This document shows, piece by piece, positions 38,621-49,571 of a stretch of DNA of 64,000 nucleotides (positions are counted from its first letter, which is position 1; each line of letters starts with the position of its first letter). The notes below the pieces were generated by a model. That model saw only the letters and a program-made list of their open reading frames with translations, did no database searches and was not told the origin of the DNA. Origin of the DNA: a virus (lineage: Duplodnaviria > Caudoviricetes). A program made the translations under genes and the position numbers. The stretch lies in the IMG/VR virus record IMGVR_UViG_3300015214_000001, positions 96,001-160,000 of that record; one strand, written 5' to 3'.

Positions 38621-41600
38621 TTATCCCCCTTGTTCTGGCATTAGAACGCCTTTTAATACGCGGAATTTTCCACCACCGTCAATAGAAGAATGCCAATCAC
38701 CTAAAACATTTACTGTATTACTGGGGTCTAAAAACCCATCAGTAGAAATCTCTAATCTATTGATGCCCCAAGCAATACCAAAATCACTAGCAATTCTCAG
38801 TCCTCGCAAATCAGTTGCATCAGTGGTAGGTATAAACCAGCTACTACCAAAGTCTTGAGAGAAAGCTAACTGACGCACACCGAATGTATTTCTTTCAAAA
38901 ACTGCGTTAATCGTAGCATTGTCTAAAGGGTCGATAGATAACGCATAAGGCGCAGTTGGCACGGCTCGCGTTTGTGGACTTCCATCTGCGCTATATGTAA
39001 TATCTTCATAATAAGGTACAGTTGTTATATTAAATACACGGAATAGGTCTAATTCTTCCATGATGTAGTTATCTATGGTAAAGTCCCATAAACGCAATGA
39101 TGGCATCGGCGTTCCAAAGCCATTGCTAGATTCTGCTGGCATTTCAAACTTTAATACAACGCGGCGTATATCCTTCATCGCATCTGGGCTTAAATCAGTT
39201 GCATATGTGTTGTAGACATGCAACGGGTCATAGGCATCTGCTGTATCTATGCCCCACCCAAGCCATCCAGCATTTAATGGTAGGTTATCTTCGATTCTAT
39301 AAAACACATTTCTAAGTATGCCGTCACTATCATATAGCTCTAGGAATACGGTATATATACCAACCCAATAGGGATTCATACAACTTGAACCAGTAGTTGA
39401 ATTATATGCGAACCTGCCACCAGTAGAGAAACGCCCCATATCTATTGAACCCCTAAAATCAAAAGTGAAATGTATTTTCACAATTGGAGTCCCACCATCA
39501 AAATCAGATGGCGCACGCACACCACGAAGATTAGGTATCCACCCATCATCTAAAAAGTACGATTCCATATCACCACTGGCGCATATGCCGTATTCCCTGC
39601 CAGTTGGTGTCGGCACACGCCAATCAGTGTATCCAGCAAATGCAGGAAGTTGCGGATCACCTAACCCCAAACCGCTATCAGGCGATCCGCGCCTTGTTAC
39701 GGCAACATCGCTAATATTTAGCCCTCCTGTTGCAGTATGCACTAACGTTGGCACTCTACTCCCTTCTACGCCATATGCTGTTTGAGTGCCTAGTTCCCTA
39801 ACTAATTCTCCTAACTGGCTATTTGTACTACCTTCTGATGCAGTGATACGAGTGGCATAGATAGGCCCTCCTGCGTATGTAGCTTCAACTGTAGGCCATG
39901 AAGTATCACCGATTGGGCTATCAACTGCAAAAACCCAATTTGTAACAGGTGTTGTGAAATACCCTAGTCTATATCCACCTGATGCGCTGCTATATCCAGA
40001 TGACACTAACATGCTTCCTTGAAATGCAAAGTCTATTTCTTTTCTTACAGGAGATAATGAAGCTGTTGGTAAAATATCTCCCATAGCCGTAACACTCCAA
40101 GATGAACCATTAGTAGTTCTATAACAGTAATTACCCCGCGCTGACTGCACAACGCAAGCAACATATCCATTGATCTCAGGGTTGGATCGAATGCGAATTG
40201 ATCCATGAATATCTGATGGCAAAGAGTTTTGATATTGTAAAGTCCAAGTAGGGCTTTGAGCTAATGCGTTGGGTGTATAGTAAATTAATAGCGTGTCAAA
40301 CACACCAGAATTAGAAGCACTTTCTCTGGCTGCGGCAACCCACATCCCTAATGGCCCTTGAGTAAATCCAGATAATGGATAAGCACTAAAGAAGTCAAAT
40401 GCAAAGTCATTAACTCTGACTAGCGCATTTCCATTTCGCATTGAGCCAATATCTACCCAGTTCTTGCCGTTCTTATTACGCGCAAATCGCCCAACAGCAT
40501 TAACAGCAAATAACGCCCCTGTTTCATTCATGATCTGTTCTAAATTGCGATCATCATCATTAATGGCAGTATCTACCAATATGGGAGGCGTAATAGGTGG
40601 ATATGTTGCCCCACCACCTTTATCTAAAATGAAAGTCTCACCTGGTTGCCCAAAAGTTTCTGGTTCAACCGTTAGAATTACGTTTTTTGTGAATACCCCA
40701 TTATCGGATTCTTCCCATGAACGCTCAACTGATACTGGCAATGTGCGAAAGTTAACAAGTTGCTTTCTGGGATTCCAATTTTCTCTAAGATTGAGCCTAG
40801 TCCATAGCATCAACGCGGGATCAAAAAAATCCATATTGCGTTTTAATGATAACGCAATTTCTGGTGTTGGGTTATTTCTTTTTGCCAACATATGACCTGA
40901 TATTTCATTTGTCCTATCTTGGTTGCTTAATCTAAATCCAGGCTGACCTTGTAATATCCCATTATTAGATTTAATGATAATGCTATCTTCATCCTGACTT
41001 CCATTTGCTTGCATTTGGTAATAACCAGGTGCAATTGAGCCAAATGATGCAACGAAGTCCTCACCGCCACCTTGATAAGACATAGAAAATATTTTCAATG
41101 TGCCAACTGGATTAGCATACTGCTTAGGCATTTCAACTGGTGAAACAATATCCACTATGCCAGTTTCTTCATTTGCAGTTATGGTCATTCTGACATCAAG
41201 GCTATCTCGATATGCGCTGCTCTCCACCATTGGATCACGCCTTAGATACAGTGATCCATCAGATATACACCCGATGTTACCTGCGATAACAGAAGCTACC
41301 TGCAATAGATATTCAGCGATTGAACTGCCATTAAATCCCCAGTTCAATTTCCTTTCGTTATCTGGCTCATTTGTTTCAGGATTAACATCCCAATAAAAGC
41401 GATAGTCAAACAACTCTAAATATGTACAATGGTGACGCAAGATATACCAAGCTACAAATTGAGGGATACCTAGCCCCTCACCTATATCTGTCCAAGATGA
41501 TGGCGCGGGGACTTCAACTACAGCTTGACTAACCATCGGTATTTCTTCCATCCTTTGAAATGGGCCTAATACATCGACTGTTGTAGCTTTCTCTCCACTT

Positions 41601-42580
41601 AACAGATCAATCGTGTGTGTTTCAGCGCTGGCAAAACCAGCGAAAGTGGTAATTATGGAATTATCTGACACTGGTATGCCATCAATATACACCGTTTCAG
41701 TATAAAAAATAGGAACACCTGGTAAAAATGTATCTTTATCTAACTCACCAACGAAAGTGACATTTTGTGATCTTCCCTGCCTATTTTGAGTATCAGAGTT
41801 TATCTGAAATGCCATTTGTTCAGATAGGGGTGGGAAGTCATCACCATTAACCCATATGGGCCTAGTTGCTATACTGCTTTTCCCACTGCTATCTGACACA
41901 GTACAGCGGATACGATGAAAACCTTGTGGCAGACGAATAGTAATAACGGGTTCATTGATTGTCCCGCTGACAATAACTGCACCCGTTGGAAGTTGCCACG
42001 AGTACCCCGTTATTAACTTTCCTTGCCAGCCAAAACTATTAGTAGCACTAAATGTGAACTCAGCTACCCCACTGCTGTTGGCCCACGCTTGCCGCCATGA
42101 ACCAATATTGGCAACTGGATTAGGATTGCTACCACTACCATCATAAGGTAGATCAAACTCTTTATAAAATTGACCATCAACAATGCGGCTAACCAGCGAC
42201 CATAATGGTTTTACACTATAAACCATTATTTCTTGTCCAGCATCAAAGGCAGATATTTGTCCCTGTCCGATACCTGGATCACCTCTTGATTTTCCGTCAA
42301 TATATAATTGCAGTTGATTAGCTGTTCCACGCCTAACTACACCATAGGAAACAAGATCACGATTTACCCCTGCTCGAACAATCCATAACATACCAGCTTC
42401 AATGTCTTGATAGCGGCCTCCGTTCCAAGCAACGCTTAATCTGCCGATAGGATATTGCAACGGCGTTTCAGTCAAGTATCCTCTGGCAATCATTTGTGCA
42501 GGCCAATAGTTATAAGTTGGCACAACAACTTGGTTGCCAGAGTTGCGGACTAAATTTAATAATGGGCCAGGAATAGGCAT
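38621..42580 (-). CDS. large tail tip/hub protein with PKD/Ig-like domain
   Basis: 1319 aa, two genes after the tape measure; ITGYSW..CTVSDSSG; SQDFGSSW Asp-box-like motif. Confidence 0.7.
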   Translation of the reverse strand: MPIPGPLLNLVRNSGNQVVVPTYNYWPAQMIARGYLTETPLQYPIGRLSVAWNGGRYQDIEAGMLWIVRAGVNRDLVSYGVVRRGTANQLQLYIDGKSRGDPGIGQGQISAFDAGQEIMVYSVKPLWSLVSRIVDGQFYKEFDLPYDGSGSNPNPVANIGSWRQAWANSSGVAEFTFSATNSFGWQGKLITGYSWQLPTGAVIVSGTINEPVITIRLPQGFHRIRCTVSDSSGKSSIATRPIWVNGDDFPPLSEQMAFQINSDTQNRQGRSQNVTFVGELDKDTFLPGVPIFYTETVYIDGIPVSDNSIITTFAGFASAETHTIDLLSGEKATTVDVLGPFQRMEEIPMVSQAVVEVPAPSSWTDIGEGLGIPQFVAWYILRHHCTYLELFDYRFYWDVNPETNEPDNERKLNWGFNGSSIAEYLLQVASVIAGNIGCISDGSLYLRRDPMVESSAYRDSLDVRMTITANEETGIVDIVSPVEMPKQYANPVGTLKIFSMSYQGGGEDFVASFGSIAPGYYQMQANGSQDEDSIIIKSNNGILQGQPGFRLSNQDRTNEISGHMLAKRNNPTPEIALSLKRNMDFFDPALMLWTRLNLRENWNPRKQLVNFRTLPVSVERSWEESDNGVFTKNVILTVEPETFGQPGETFILDKGGGATYPPITPPILVDTAINDDDRNLEQIMNETGALFAVNAVGRFARNKNGKNWVDIGSMRNGNALVRVNDFAFDFFSAYPLSGFTQGPLGMWVAAARESASNSGVFDTLLIYYTPNALAQSPTWTLQYQNSLPSDIHGSIRIRSNPEINGYVACVVQSARGNYCYRTTNGSSWSVTAMGDILPTASLSPVRKEIDFAFQGSMLVSSGYSSASGGYRLGYFTTPVTNWVFAVDSPIGDTSWPTVEATYAGGPIYATRITASEGSTNSQLGELVRELGTQTAYGVEGSRVPTLVHTATGGLNISDVAVTRRGSPDSGLGLGDPQLPAFAGYTDWRVPTPTGREYGICASGDMESYFLDDGWIPNLRGVRAPSDFDGGTPIVKIHFTFDFRGSIDMGRFSTGGRFAYNSTTGSSCMNPYWVGIYTVFLELYDSDGILRNVFYRIEDNLPLNAGWLGWGIDTADAYDPLHVYNTYATDLSPDAMKDIRRVVLKFEMPAESSNGFGTPMPSLRLWDFTIDNYIMEELDLFRVFNITTVPYYEDITYSADGSPQTRAVPTAPYALSIDPLDNATINAVFERNTFGVRQLAFSQDFGSSWFIPTTDATDLRGLRIASDFGIAWGINRLEISTDGFLDPSNTVNVLGDWHSSIDGGGKFRVLKGVLMPEQGG

Positions 42581-42589
42581 ATTAACTTC

Positions 42590-44215
42590 CTATGAAATAT
42601 CATATTTTTGCATTAAATAGTCAAATATAGCTGTTCTCTTAGGCGCATCTAGGTTAGGCGCATAGACGATGATCTCGCTGATAATGCCATTGAAGTAAGC
42701 AGATGCGAATGATGAGCATCCAATGGCTAATCTGCTTGAAAATATATTCATACTTGCGAGACTTGATGTAATGGTATTGATATGAACGCCATTTCGATAT
42801 AAATCAAAAACACCGCTATCTCTAAGTTGAAACAATAATACCTGTGGTGTGTTTGTCGCATTGTTAGAAAAACTTATGCCAGCGCCAGAATTAACACGCA
42901 CCCCTACGCTTGTAAAAGGGGTTAATTGCGTTTTATGTTGCCATTCAGGGGTTGACACCAATACACCACCTTGCAGAGAATTAGATGACATAAGTGTTTC
43001 GTTACCTGGTACACTAGCACTATTTGTTGGATGACACACGATAAAAACGGAATGTTGCGATCCAGTTGTTGATGTTAACCCCGTTGCGAAAAGATTGTCG
43101 TCTAACCCGTCAAAAGTTATACCTGGTAAGCTATTTATTGCACTAGCTGTATAGATGGGGCGCATTGTTATATCCGATTGACTTAATCTAAGATTTTGCG
43201 TACTTGATCGTTCTCCCCATGTAGCAACTGGGTCAGCATCTTGACACAAAATGGTAGCATTAATGTCGCTATACGCTCTCTCTGAGGCATTAAGGTATAA
43301 GTACGGGTTGTAAGCAATTGGGTTAAATGGCTCAACTTGTAAAACATCGCTTTGTATTGCGTCTGTCGCACCAGCAGTTGACGCAGTGAATATAGAATCA
43401 AAGAACGTGGCATTTGAAAATGGTGTAATGGTTAATATAATAGCTCCGCCATTAGTTTGAGGTGGTATAGATGGTGGGTAAATTGCTCGGATATTTGTTA
43501 CATTACTCAGTGGCGGTTGAATTGCCGACCATGTTTCGCCATTATCAGTGCTATATTCAATGTTTATTGATGTGTTAATACTATTCAGCGCCACATTTGC
43601 TGGAATATCCCAGATGAGAGTTGATGTAGATAGCGTGTAATCATCACCGCTATTACGCAAATTAGCAGTAATAGTACCACTAGCCGACTGGAAATACTCA
43701 TCTTGATATTGAACCAATATTGTTAAGTTAGGCCCTTCTGGGGCAGGCTTAACCGCAGTAAATGTAACCATCAAGTCGCTATACCCCCCTGCTTGAGGGG
43801 TTGCCTCAGATGAGACATCAGCAAACTTAGCCCATGTGTGATAAACTTCCCATTGCCCTGATGCGCGGTTGAAAGTCTGCACAGTAATTTTGTTAGACAT
43901 TGATTGTTGATAAAATGGGGTTGCAACTGAGCTTGAAAAAAACTCATCACGGATATATTTCACCATTAGCGGAGATAGATTCACTAAGGGCCATTTAAAA
44001 GTAACCCCGCCGTATGCCCATCTCTGTTGAGTTGGCGTATCAACATATCGCGCATGATAAATAACATCTGCTTCATTACCTGGTCTAATCCAAACGCGCC
44101 CGTTACGCATGTCAGATTGCAGTGGCAATGAAGCCATATTATGCCCATTCAGGTATAACTCAGACCGAGATACCCAACCTTTCATCATGAAAAAGCCATC
44201 TATAATTGTCGGCAT
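42590..44215 (-). CDS. distal-tail-like protein with C-terminal LamG/ConA-like domain
   Basis: Follows the tape measure; ITFDGLDD..LYRNG..FNGIISEIIVY..YLMQKY. Confidence 0.65.
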   Translation of the reverse strand: MPTIIDGFFMMKGWVSRSELYLNGHNMASLPLQSDMRNGRVWIRPGNEADVIYHARYVDTPTQQRWAYGGVTFKWPLVNLSPLMVKYIRDEFFSSSVATPFYQQSMSNKITVQTFNRASGQWEVYHTWAKFADVSSEATPQAGGYSDLMVTFTAVKPAPEGPNLTILVQYQDEYFQSASGTITANLRNSGDDYTLSTSTLIWDIPANVALNSINTSINIEYSTDNGETWSAIQPPLSNVTNIRAIYPPSIPPQTNGGAIILTITPFSNATFFDSIFTASTAGATDAIQSDVLQVEPFNPIAYNPYLYLNASERAYSDINATILCQDADPVATWGERSSTQNLRLSQSDITMRPIYTASAINSLPGITFDGLDDNLFATGLTSTTGSQHSVFIVCHPTNSASVPGNETLMSSNSLQGGVLVSTPEWQHKTQLTPFTSVGVRVNSGAGISFSNNATNTPQVLLFQLRDSGVFDLYRNGVHINTITSSLASMNIFSSRLAIGCSSFASAYFNGIISEIIVYAPNLDAPKRTAIFDYLMQKYDIS

Positions 44216-44265
44216 GATTATCTCTTTTTATCAATCATTACCTATTAATTATACATGGCTTTAAG

Positions 44266-47200
44266 TTAGCTTTTGTTGATGCTACTGTTGAATATATCTA
44301 TTAGCGCCTGTTGCAATAAGTGGAAGTTAGCCATAACTTCATCTCTAGTTATGTTGCCTCCGATTTGGATATTATCAATATTTAACCCCACTGGTGTGGT
44401 GTTTTTATACAAAGCATTTGCAAGGCTTTGTATAACGGCATCGCTTGGATTTCTAACAGCAGGATAGTCAATAGGTTGACCTATCCTATTATATGAATTC
44501 TCGAATGCAGACGCGAAAGCACTCATGGCTTCATTTGGAATACCCCTACTCTTATCAAAAGGAACAACAATTTCAGGGTATTTACCTTCACCTGCAACCA
44601 TAAGTGTTGGCTTATCAACATAAGCCCCTCTAGCAGCCAATAACCCCCTGCCAGACGTAACCTTAACACCACCCGTAGACTTAGTAGATGACTTGGAAGT
44701 TGATGTAGATGAACTTACCTTCATCGAGTTTTGCAATTGTCTTGCTTGATCGGCAATTGCATTAAATCCAGTAGATGTGATTTGAGCAATATTTTGCATC
44801 ATCGTTGAGTGTATTTGGATAACTGAATTAGCGCCTGATGCAGTTGTGCGCTCAACACCCTTCATTAAATCGCGGGTTCTGTTTTGCAGACCTTTAGAGA
44901 ATTGGCTAATATAGTCATCCCACAACTTAGCTATGGTTGCTTGTTGTTCTGTAATTCGTTCTAATTCATTGTTAAAGCGTTCTTCGTTTAATTCAATTAA
45001 TGCTTGCTGATTGGTCTGCTCTAATTCATAAATGGTTTCAAAATGCTTCTGAGTTAACTCTAACACCTTAGATTGATGAGCAGACTCATTCTCTAAGATA
45101 GTATCAAAACTTTGCAATGCAGCATCGGCGCGATCTGTTGAAAATTGGCGCTCATCATCTAATTGTTGCGTCCTAGATTGTGAACCAATTTCTTGCAAGC
45201 TATTCTGATGCTCACTTACTTGACTGGCTTCTTGCTCATTAAAGACAGTCTGTTGAGCAAGAATGTTCTCGTTTGCAAGTGCAGTATTTTCTAATCGTTG
45301 AGAATTCGCAATAGATTCTTGTTCTTGTAACTGGGATAAGGTTGATTGATGGTTATCTAAGACCATCACTTGACCATCTTGTAAGCCACTCTCAATATCT
45401 TTAAACAGATTGGCTGTTTCGCGCGAAAAATCGTCGGCATAAGTCAGATCAATTTTCAATGAATCTTCTAATGCTACGAATTGTTCGTTAATACCTGCGC
45501 TAACGCCATCCATAACAACGTTAACAATATCACTGCCGATAGTTGCATATGCAGGACTATTAATGACCTTTGTAAGATCAACGTGACCAGTTTCAATAGC
45601 GCGGTTAAATTCTTCTAGTGTTTGCGTGACAGCATTAAACTGAGCAATTTGCGCCTCAGTTTCAATACCCCCTTCACGCATACGCTGTAATTCTTTCTCG
45701 AGCGCTGATGCAATTAAGGTGGCTTCTTCTTTGCCGACATCACTACTACCAGTCCTCATAGCATTTTGGAATGCGGAGCGAGCATCAGATATTTTTGTGC
45801 CACGCGAGATGAATTCCATCAAGGCTTCTTCTCGGTTTCGGAAATACTCTAATTCAAGCGCGAACGAATCTTGAAGATGTTGGCGTTGTCGCTGAGTGTT
45901 TTCAGCAAACGCGCGATCTTCTTCGGCGCGAGAACGCTTGTTTTCTTCATATTGTTCACGGCGATGTTTTTCAGCCTCAGACTTTTCTTTCTGGAATGCA
46001 ACTTCTGAGTCACGCATTTGTTCTGCATGGTTTTTCTTCTCTTGTGCAACTGACTCTTCAAATTGCGCCTTAGCTTCTTTCAGACGTTCAACTTGTTCTT
46101 GTCGCATTTGCGCGATGCGCTCTTTATGCTCAGTTGCCATTTCAGCTAAACGCTCTTTATGTTGTTTTGCGTTTTCTGCTTGCTGTTCTTGGAAATCGGA
46201 ACGTGTTTCAGCTAAGTTTTCTTTGTGCGATTCTGCTGCTTCTTGTTCAGTCTTTTCTGCCTCACGACGTAACATAAAGTGCCGCAAGGCATCATTCGCC
46301 ATTTCAGCTTCAAATAGCTGTTCTGCTAGGCTTTTTTGACGTTTCACGCGATCTTTAATGTAATTTTCTTCGATCTTAGCTATCTGTTTTTCGTGTTGTT
46401 CGCGCTGTTTAGCGCGGTTCTCCTGATAGCTTTTGTTAGTATCAGCAACCGACTTGCGATAACTTTCTCTAGTTGTCTCTAGGTTTTTTAAGTGTTGTTG
46501 ATTTGATTTAATTGTACTGTCTTGATACTGTTTATCTAGTTCAACCAAGCGTTTATTATGTGTCGCCTGCATAGACATAACATTCTCTCTGTGGCGAGAT
46601 GATATGTCTAACATTTGCTTATCATGTTCTTCTTGTGCTTTTCGGTCTTGCTCCATCCGTGATTGAATAACGCTACGCATTTCTTCACCGCGTTGCTTTT
46701 CAAGATTGATTAGATCATGACCTAATTCGCGTTGTTGTTTAAATATACTTAAACGATCTTTGCTTAAGTCATCTGTTCTTGAAGCTATTGAATCTTCAAT
46801 AGCAGATGCTTGTCGATCTAGTTCATTTCTGTATTCAGCAAGTGCCAATTTAGCTTGAACAGTTGAGCTTTGCAAGTATTCCATCCGCTTTTGCAACTCA
46901 GCGACTTCTTTATTTGCTTCACTCATTTCCTTGCCAGCTTCACCGTAGATTGTTTCATCCCCGATGGCGTGACCTAAGATAGTCCTGATCTTATCGCTGA
47001 TGCCAGTTAATTTTGTGGAATTTTTATTAACTTCATTGATGTATTCTTGTTGAGCTTGAATTTGCAAGCGTATTGCTTCAACTTCATCATTGATAGCTTC
47101 TCTGGCATTTGAACGACTTAAAGTATCTGTTAATTCGACATTCTCTTGCATCTTACGATTGATAACATCAAGGCTTTTTTTAATTTGATCGGGCGCAGTT

Positions 47201-48225
47201 CCTTGCAACCAATCAACTACTGATACACCCAACTGAATACCATCTATAGCGGCAGTTAAAGGCCCTATTAACTTGGATGCAACTTTAGCAGCTTTACCAA
47301 GTTGTCCTGCGCGTTGCGCTAATTGCCCCATATAAGCCTGTTGCTTCGTTAAAGGGGTATTTGTAGCTTGTAATGCCGCATTTGTTCGCGTTACGTTGCG
47401 TTCAAATCTTTGCATTGAAGCGCTTATATCTCTGAATTGCTTGGTTTGTCCAGCAACCTTATCATATGATGATTTTATCTCACCATATGCGCTTTTTGCG
47501 TTAGATGCAAAATCTATGATTCCCTGAATGGTTGGGATCATAGATTTCAGTGATGTGTCTAAGCCTGCTGTCTTTTTGGTTAAAAGGTCAAAACTTAAGC
47601 CTAAGTTTTTAATCTTTTCCGCATTTGTCTCTGCAAACTTCGTTGTCCACTGTGAATACCCCGATGGAGCATCTGGCGTACTCGGCTCAGACTTTTTAGG
47701 TTCTTTGCTACCACTGCCACCAGCAGGCAAATAACGACCACTGCTATCACGCGGACGCGGAGGCCTTACCTTACTAGCCTCCTTCTGCATTTTTCGGTAT
47801 TCTTCGGTGGTCTGTTTTGCCGCGCCAGTTAAGTCATCTTGAGCTTTTTTAGCTTTATCTAGTGATTCTGGGATTAGCTTTGTTGCTGTTCCTGCACCGC
47901 TATTAAACTTATCTAATTCATTGTTGACATCTTTTAATGTTTCTTCGACATCTTTGTTTGCTGCACTAGTTCTTGAACCGAAATCAGTCATAACCCCACG
48001 AAGTGAGGTTACGCTTTTTTCGATAGTAGACATATCTTTAGCAATCTTGCTAAGAGCTTCTTTGTTGACACCCGTTAGCATATCAGGAAGTGATTTATTG
48101 ACTGCCTTTATGGATTTGCCAACGTTATCAACCTGCTTGCTAAGATTCTGCAATACATTTGCAACTTCTTGCGTTGGGCCAACCTGAATATCAAAGATGA
48201 TTGAGTTGTCGCTTTTATTAGCCAT
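44266..48225 (-). CDS. tape measure protein
   Basis: 1319-aa helical/coiled-coil protein directly after the chaperone pair. Confidence 0.85.
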   Translation of the reverse strand: MANKSDNSIIFDIQVGPTQEVANVLQNLSKQVDNVGKSIKAVNKSLPDMLTGVNKEALSKIAKDMSTIEKSVTSLRGVMTDFGSRTSAANKDVEETLKDVNNELDKFNSGAGTATKLIPESLDKAKKAQDDLTGAAKQTTEEYRKMQKEASKVRPPRPRDSSGRYLPAGGSGSKEPKKSEPSTPDAPSGYSQWTTKFAETNAEKIKNLGLSFDLLTKKTAGLDTSLKSMIPTIQGIIDFASNAKSAYGEIKSSYDKVAGQTKQFRDISASMQRFERNVTRTNAALQATNTPLTKQQAYMGQLAQRAGQLGKAAKVASKLIGPLTAAIDGIQLGVSVVDWLQGTAPDQIKKSLDVINRKMQENVELTDTLSRSNAREAINDEVEAIRLQIQAQQEYINEVNKNSTKLTGISDKIRTILGHAIGDETIYGEAGKEMSEANKEVAELQKRMEYLQSSTVQAKLALAEYRNELDRQASAIEDSIASRTDDLSKDRLSIFKQQRELGHDLINLEKQRGEEMRSVIQSRMEQDRKAQEEHDKQMLDISSRHRENVMSMQATHNKRLVELDKQYQDSTIKSNQQHLKNLETTRESYRKSVADTNKSYQENRAKQREQHEKQIAKIEENYIKDRVKRQKSLAEQLFEAEMANDALRHFMLRREAEKTEQEAAESHKENLAETRSDFQEQQAENAKQHKERLAEMATEHKERIAQMRQEQVERLKEAKAQFEESVAQEKKNHAEQMRDSEVAFQKEKSEAEKHRREQYEENKRSRAEEDRAFAENTQRQRQHLQDSFALELEYFRNREEALMEFISRGTKISDARSAFQNAMRTGSSDVGKEEATLIASALEKELQRMREGGIETEAQIAQFNAVTQTLEEFNRAIETGHVDLTKVINSPAYATIGSDIVNVVMDGVSAGINEQFVALEDSLKIDLTYADDFSRETANLFKDIESGLQDGQVMVLDNHQSTLSQLQEQESIANSQRLENTALANENILAQQTVFNEQEASQVSEHQNSLQEIGSQSRTQQLDDERQFSTDRADAALQSFDTILENESAHQSKVLELTQKHFETIYELEQTNQQALIELNEERFNNELERITEQQATIAKLWDDYISQFSKGLQNRTRDLMKGVERTTASGANSVIQIHSTMMQNIAQITSTGFNAIADQARQLQNSMKVSSSTSTSKSSTKSTGGVKVTSGRGLLAARGAYVDKPTLMVAGEGKYPEIVVPFDKSRGIPNEAMSAFASAFENSYNRIGQPIDYPAVRNPSDAVIQSLANALYKNTTPVGLNIDNIQIGGNITRDEVMANFHLLQQALIDIFNSSINKS

Positions 48226-48250
48226 ATTTCACCTTTGTATCCAAAAGAAA

Positions 48251-48682
48251 TTATTTTCCGTTAATTCGCCTCATATTTCCCTTTGGGATACTATTGCTTT
48301 GTTGTGTATTATTGCTGCCATCGTTAGAATAAGGGTCAATAGCGCGTAAAGCGCTGATACTTGCTGGCTTATTGCCATTCTGAGCAATCCATTGTTCATA
48401 CAAAGCCATGATAGGCGATGTGTTGCTCTTATGAGAATATATGGTATAGGCAAGTGACATATCACCAATCCACTTAGGATCATAGACCATCACTTCATCT
48501 TGGGTATATAAGCGTTGAAACCCACTCATTTTCCAAAGCCAGAAACCTGTTCTTACTATCTCCCAAGGATAATCAAATGCCCATTCCTCTGGCTCACCGA
48601 ACACGTCTTGTTTTTTATCATTAGCCATGTCTTTGAACCAAGCCCTAACCTCATCTCTAAAGTCGGCTTGGCTCTTAGCTAG
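48251..48682 (-). CDS. tail assembly chaperone, -1 frame extension (gpT-like)
   Basis: Frame open from the slippery site (LAKSQADFRDEVRAWFKD) into ORF 48251-48628. Confidence 0.75.
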   Translation of the reverse strand, partial: LAKSQADFRDEVRAWFKDMANDKKQDVFGEPEEWAFDYPWEIVRTGFWLWKMSGFQRLYTQDEVMVYDPKWIGDMSLAYTIYSHKSNTSPIMALYEQWIAQNGNKPASISALRAIDPYSNDGSNNTQQSNSIPKGNMRRINGK

Positions 48683-49113
48683 TTTGGGTCAATGGGTTCT
48701 CCATCTGTGCCTTTTTGGGTCATTTCTTCCCTGACAGGCTTGTATATCTTCTGTAGACTAGCAAGAGCCTCATCCCATTCTTCAAGGATATGGTAGGGGA
48801 TATTTTCAGAGAAATACTCATAGCATATTTCTAATTGCTCACCTTTCTGAACCATATTCCACCAACTCTCAACATTGTGATATTCTTCGGGCAAGTCTGG
48901 CAAGACATCCCAGTTAAAGATCATATTTGTTGTAAAGACTAATCGCCACGCATAATCTGTAGCCACAGAATCATAAGCATTTGGGAATGCAAGTTTAATT
49001 TGATCCTTGATCCCTTGTAATCTTGTGATTGTCGCAATGGTTTGAAAGGCATTGGACTCAATAGTAATTGCTTTGTGGAAAAAAGTTGCACGTTTGCTCA
49101 TTATATACTCCAT
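48679..49113 (-). CDS. tail assembly chaperone (gpG-like)
   Basis: Between tail tube and tape measure; ends GAC CCA AAC TAG. Confidence 0.75.
   Translation of the reverse strand: MEYIMSKRATFFHKAITIESNAFQTIATITRLQGIKDQIKLAFPNAYDSVATDYAWRLVFTTNMIFNWDVLPDLPEEYHNVESWWNMVQKGEQLEICYEYFSENIPYHILEEWDEALASLQKIYKPVREEMTQKGTDGEPIDPN
48682..48688 (-). other. -1 programmed ribosomal frameshift site C CCA AAC
   Basis: XXXYYYZ heptamer in the correct phase just before the stop; -1 frame joins the downstream ORF. Confidence 0.8.
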
Positions 49114-49140
49114 TACGGCTTATCAGCGGTATGTTTAATT

Positions 49141-49512
49141 TTAGCTTTCTTTACTTTCAGTTTGTTCAGCATCAACCTGCTTTGTGGTTTTCCCGCCACG
49201 TTTCGTCTCGGATGTGCTTTCTTCTTGGGTCTTATTTTCTTCTAAATAAGGCGCAACGGCAGCATCCACAATAGCTAACAATTCTTCTGACAGTTCATCA
49301 GAAATGCGAGCGTGTCCAGCAGGAACATAATAGAAGAATTGCCCCTTATGTCCAAAATAAACAGTTGTGGGCGTTGCTTCTGCTGTAGATTGCGAATAGA
49401 AAGCGCCATTGGGGTAACGTGTGGGTGTTTGTGAAATGCGATATTCACCCTTATCTGTGATTTCTCGAACCCCAATGCGCTTATCATCAATAGTTCTGAT
49501 ACTAACAGTCAT
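49141..49512 (-). CDS. hypothetical protein
   Basis: GGAG SD before ATG 49512 (MTVSIRT). Confidence 0.6.
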   Translation of the reverse strand: MTVSIRTIDDKRIGVREITDKGEYRISQTPTRYPNGAFYSQSTAEATPTTVYFGHKGQFFYYVPAGHARISDELSEELLAIVDAAVAPYLEENKTQEESTSETKRGGKTTKQVDAEQTESKES

Positions 49513-49571
49513 TTCAAACTCTCCATAATGAGGCATCAAGGCAAATAACATGATCTGCCTTGATGCAAATA

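Noticed and set aside
45896-46339. Antisense and nested ORFs in the ORF track (also 40464-40895, 39465-39785, 31222-31614 and others)
   Set aside because: Shadows of long genes on the opposite strand, without SD or protein-like motifs
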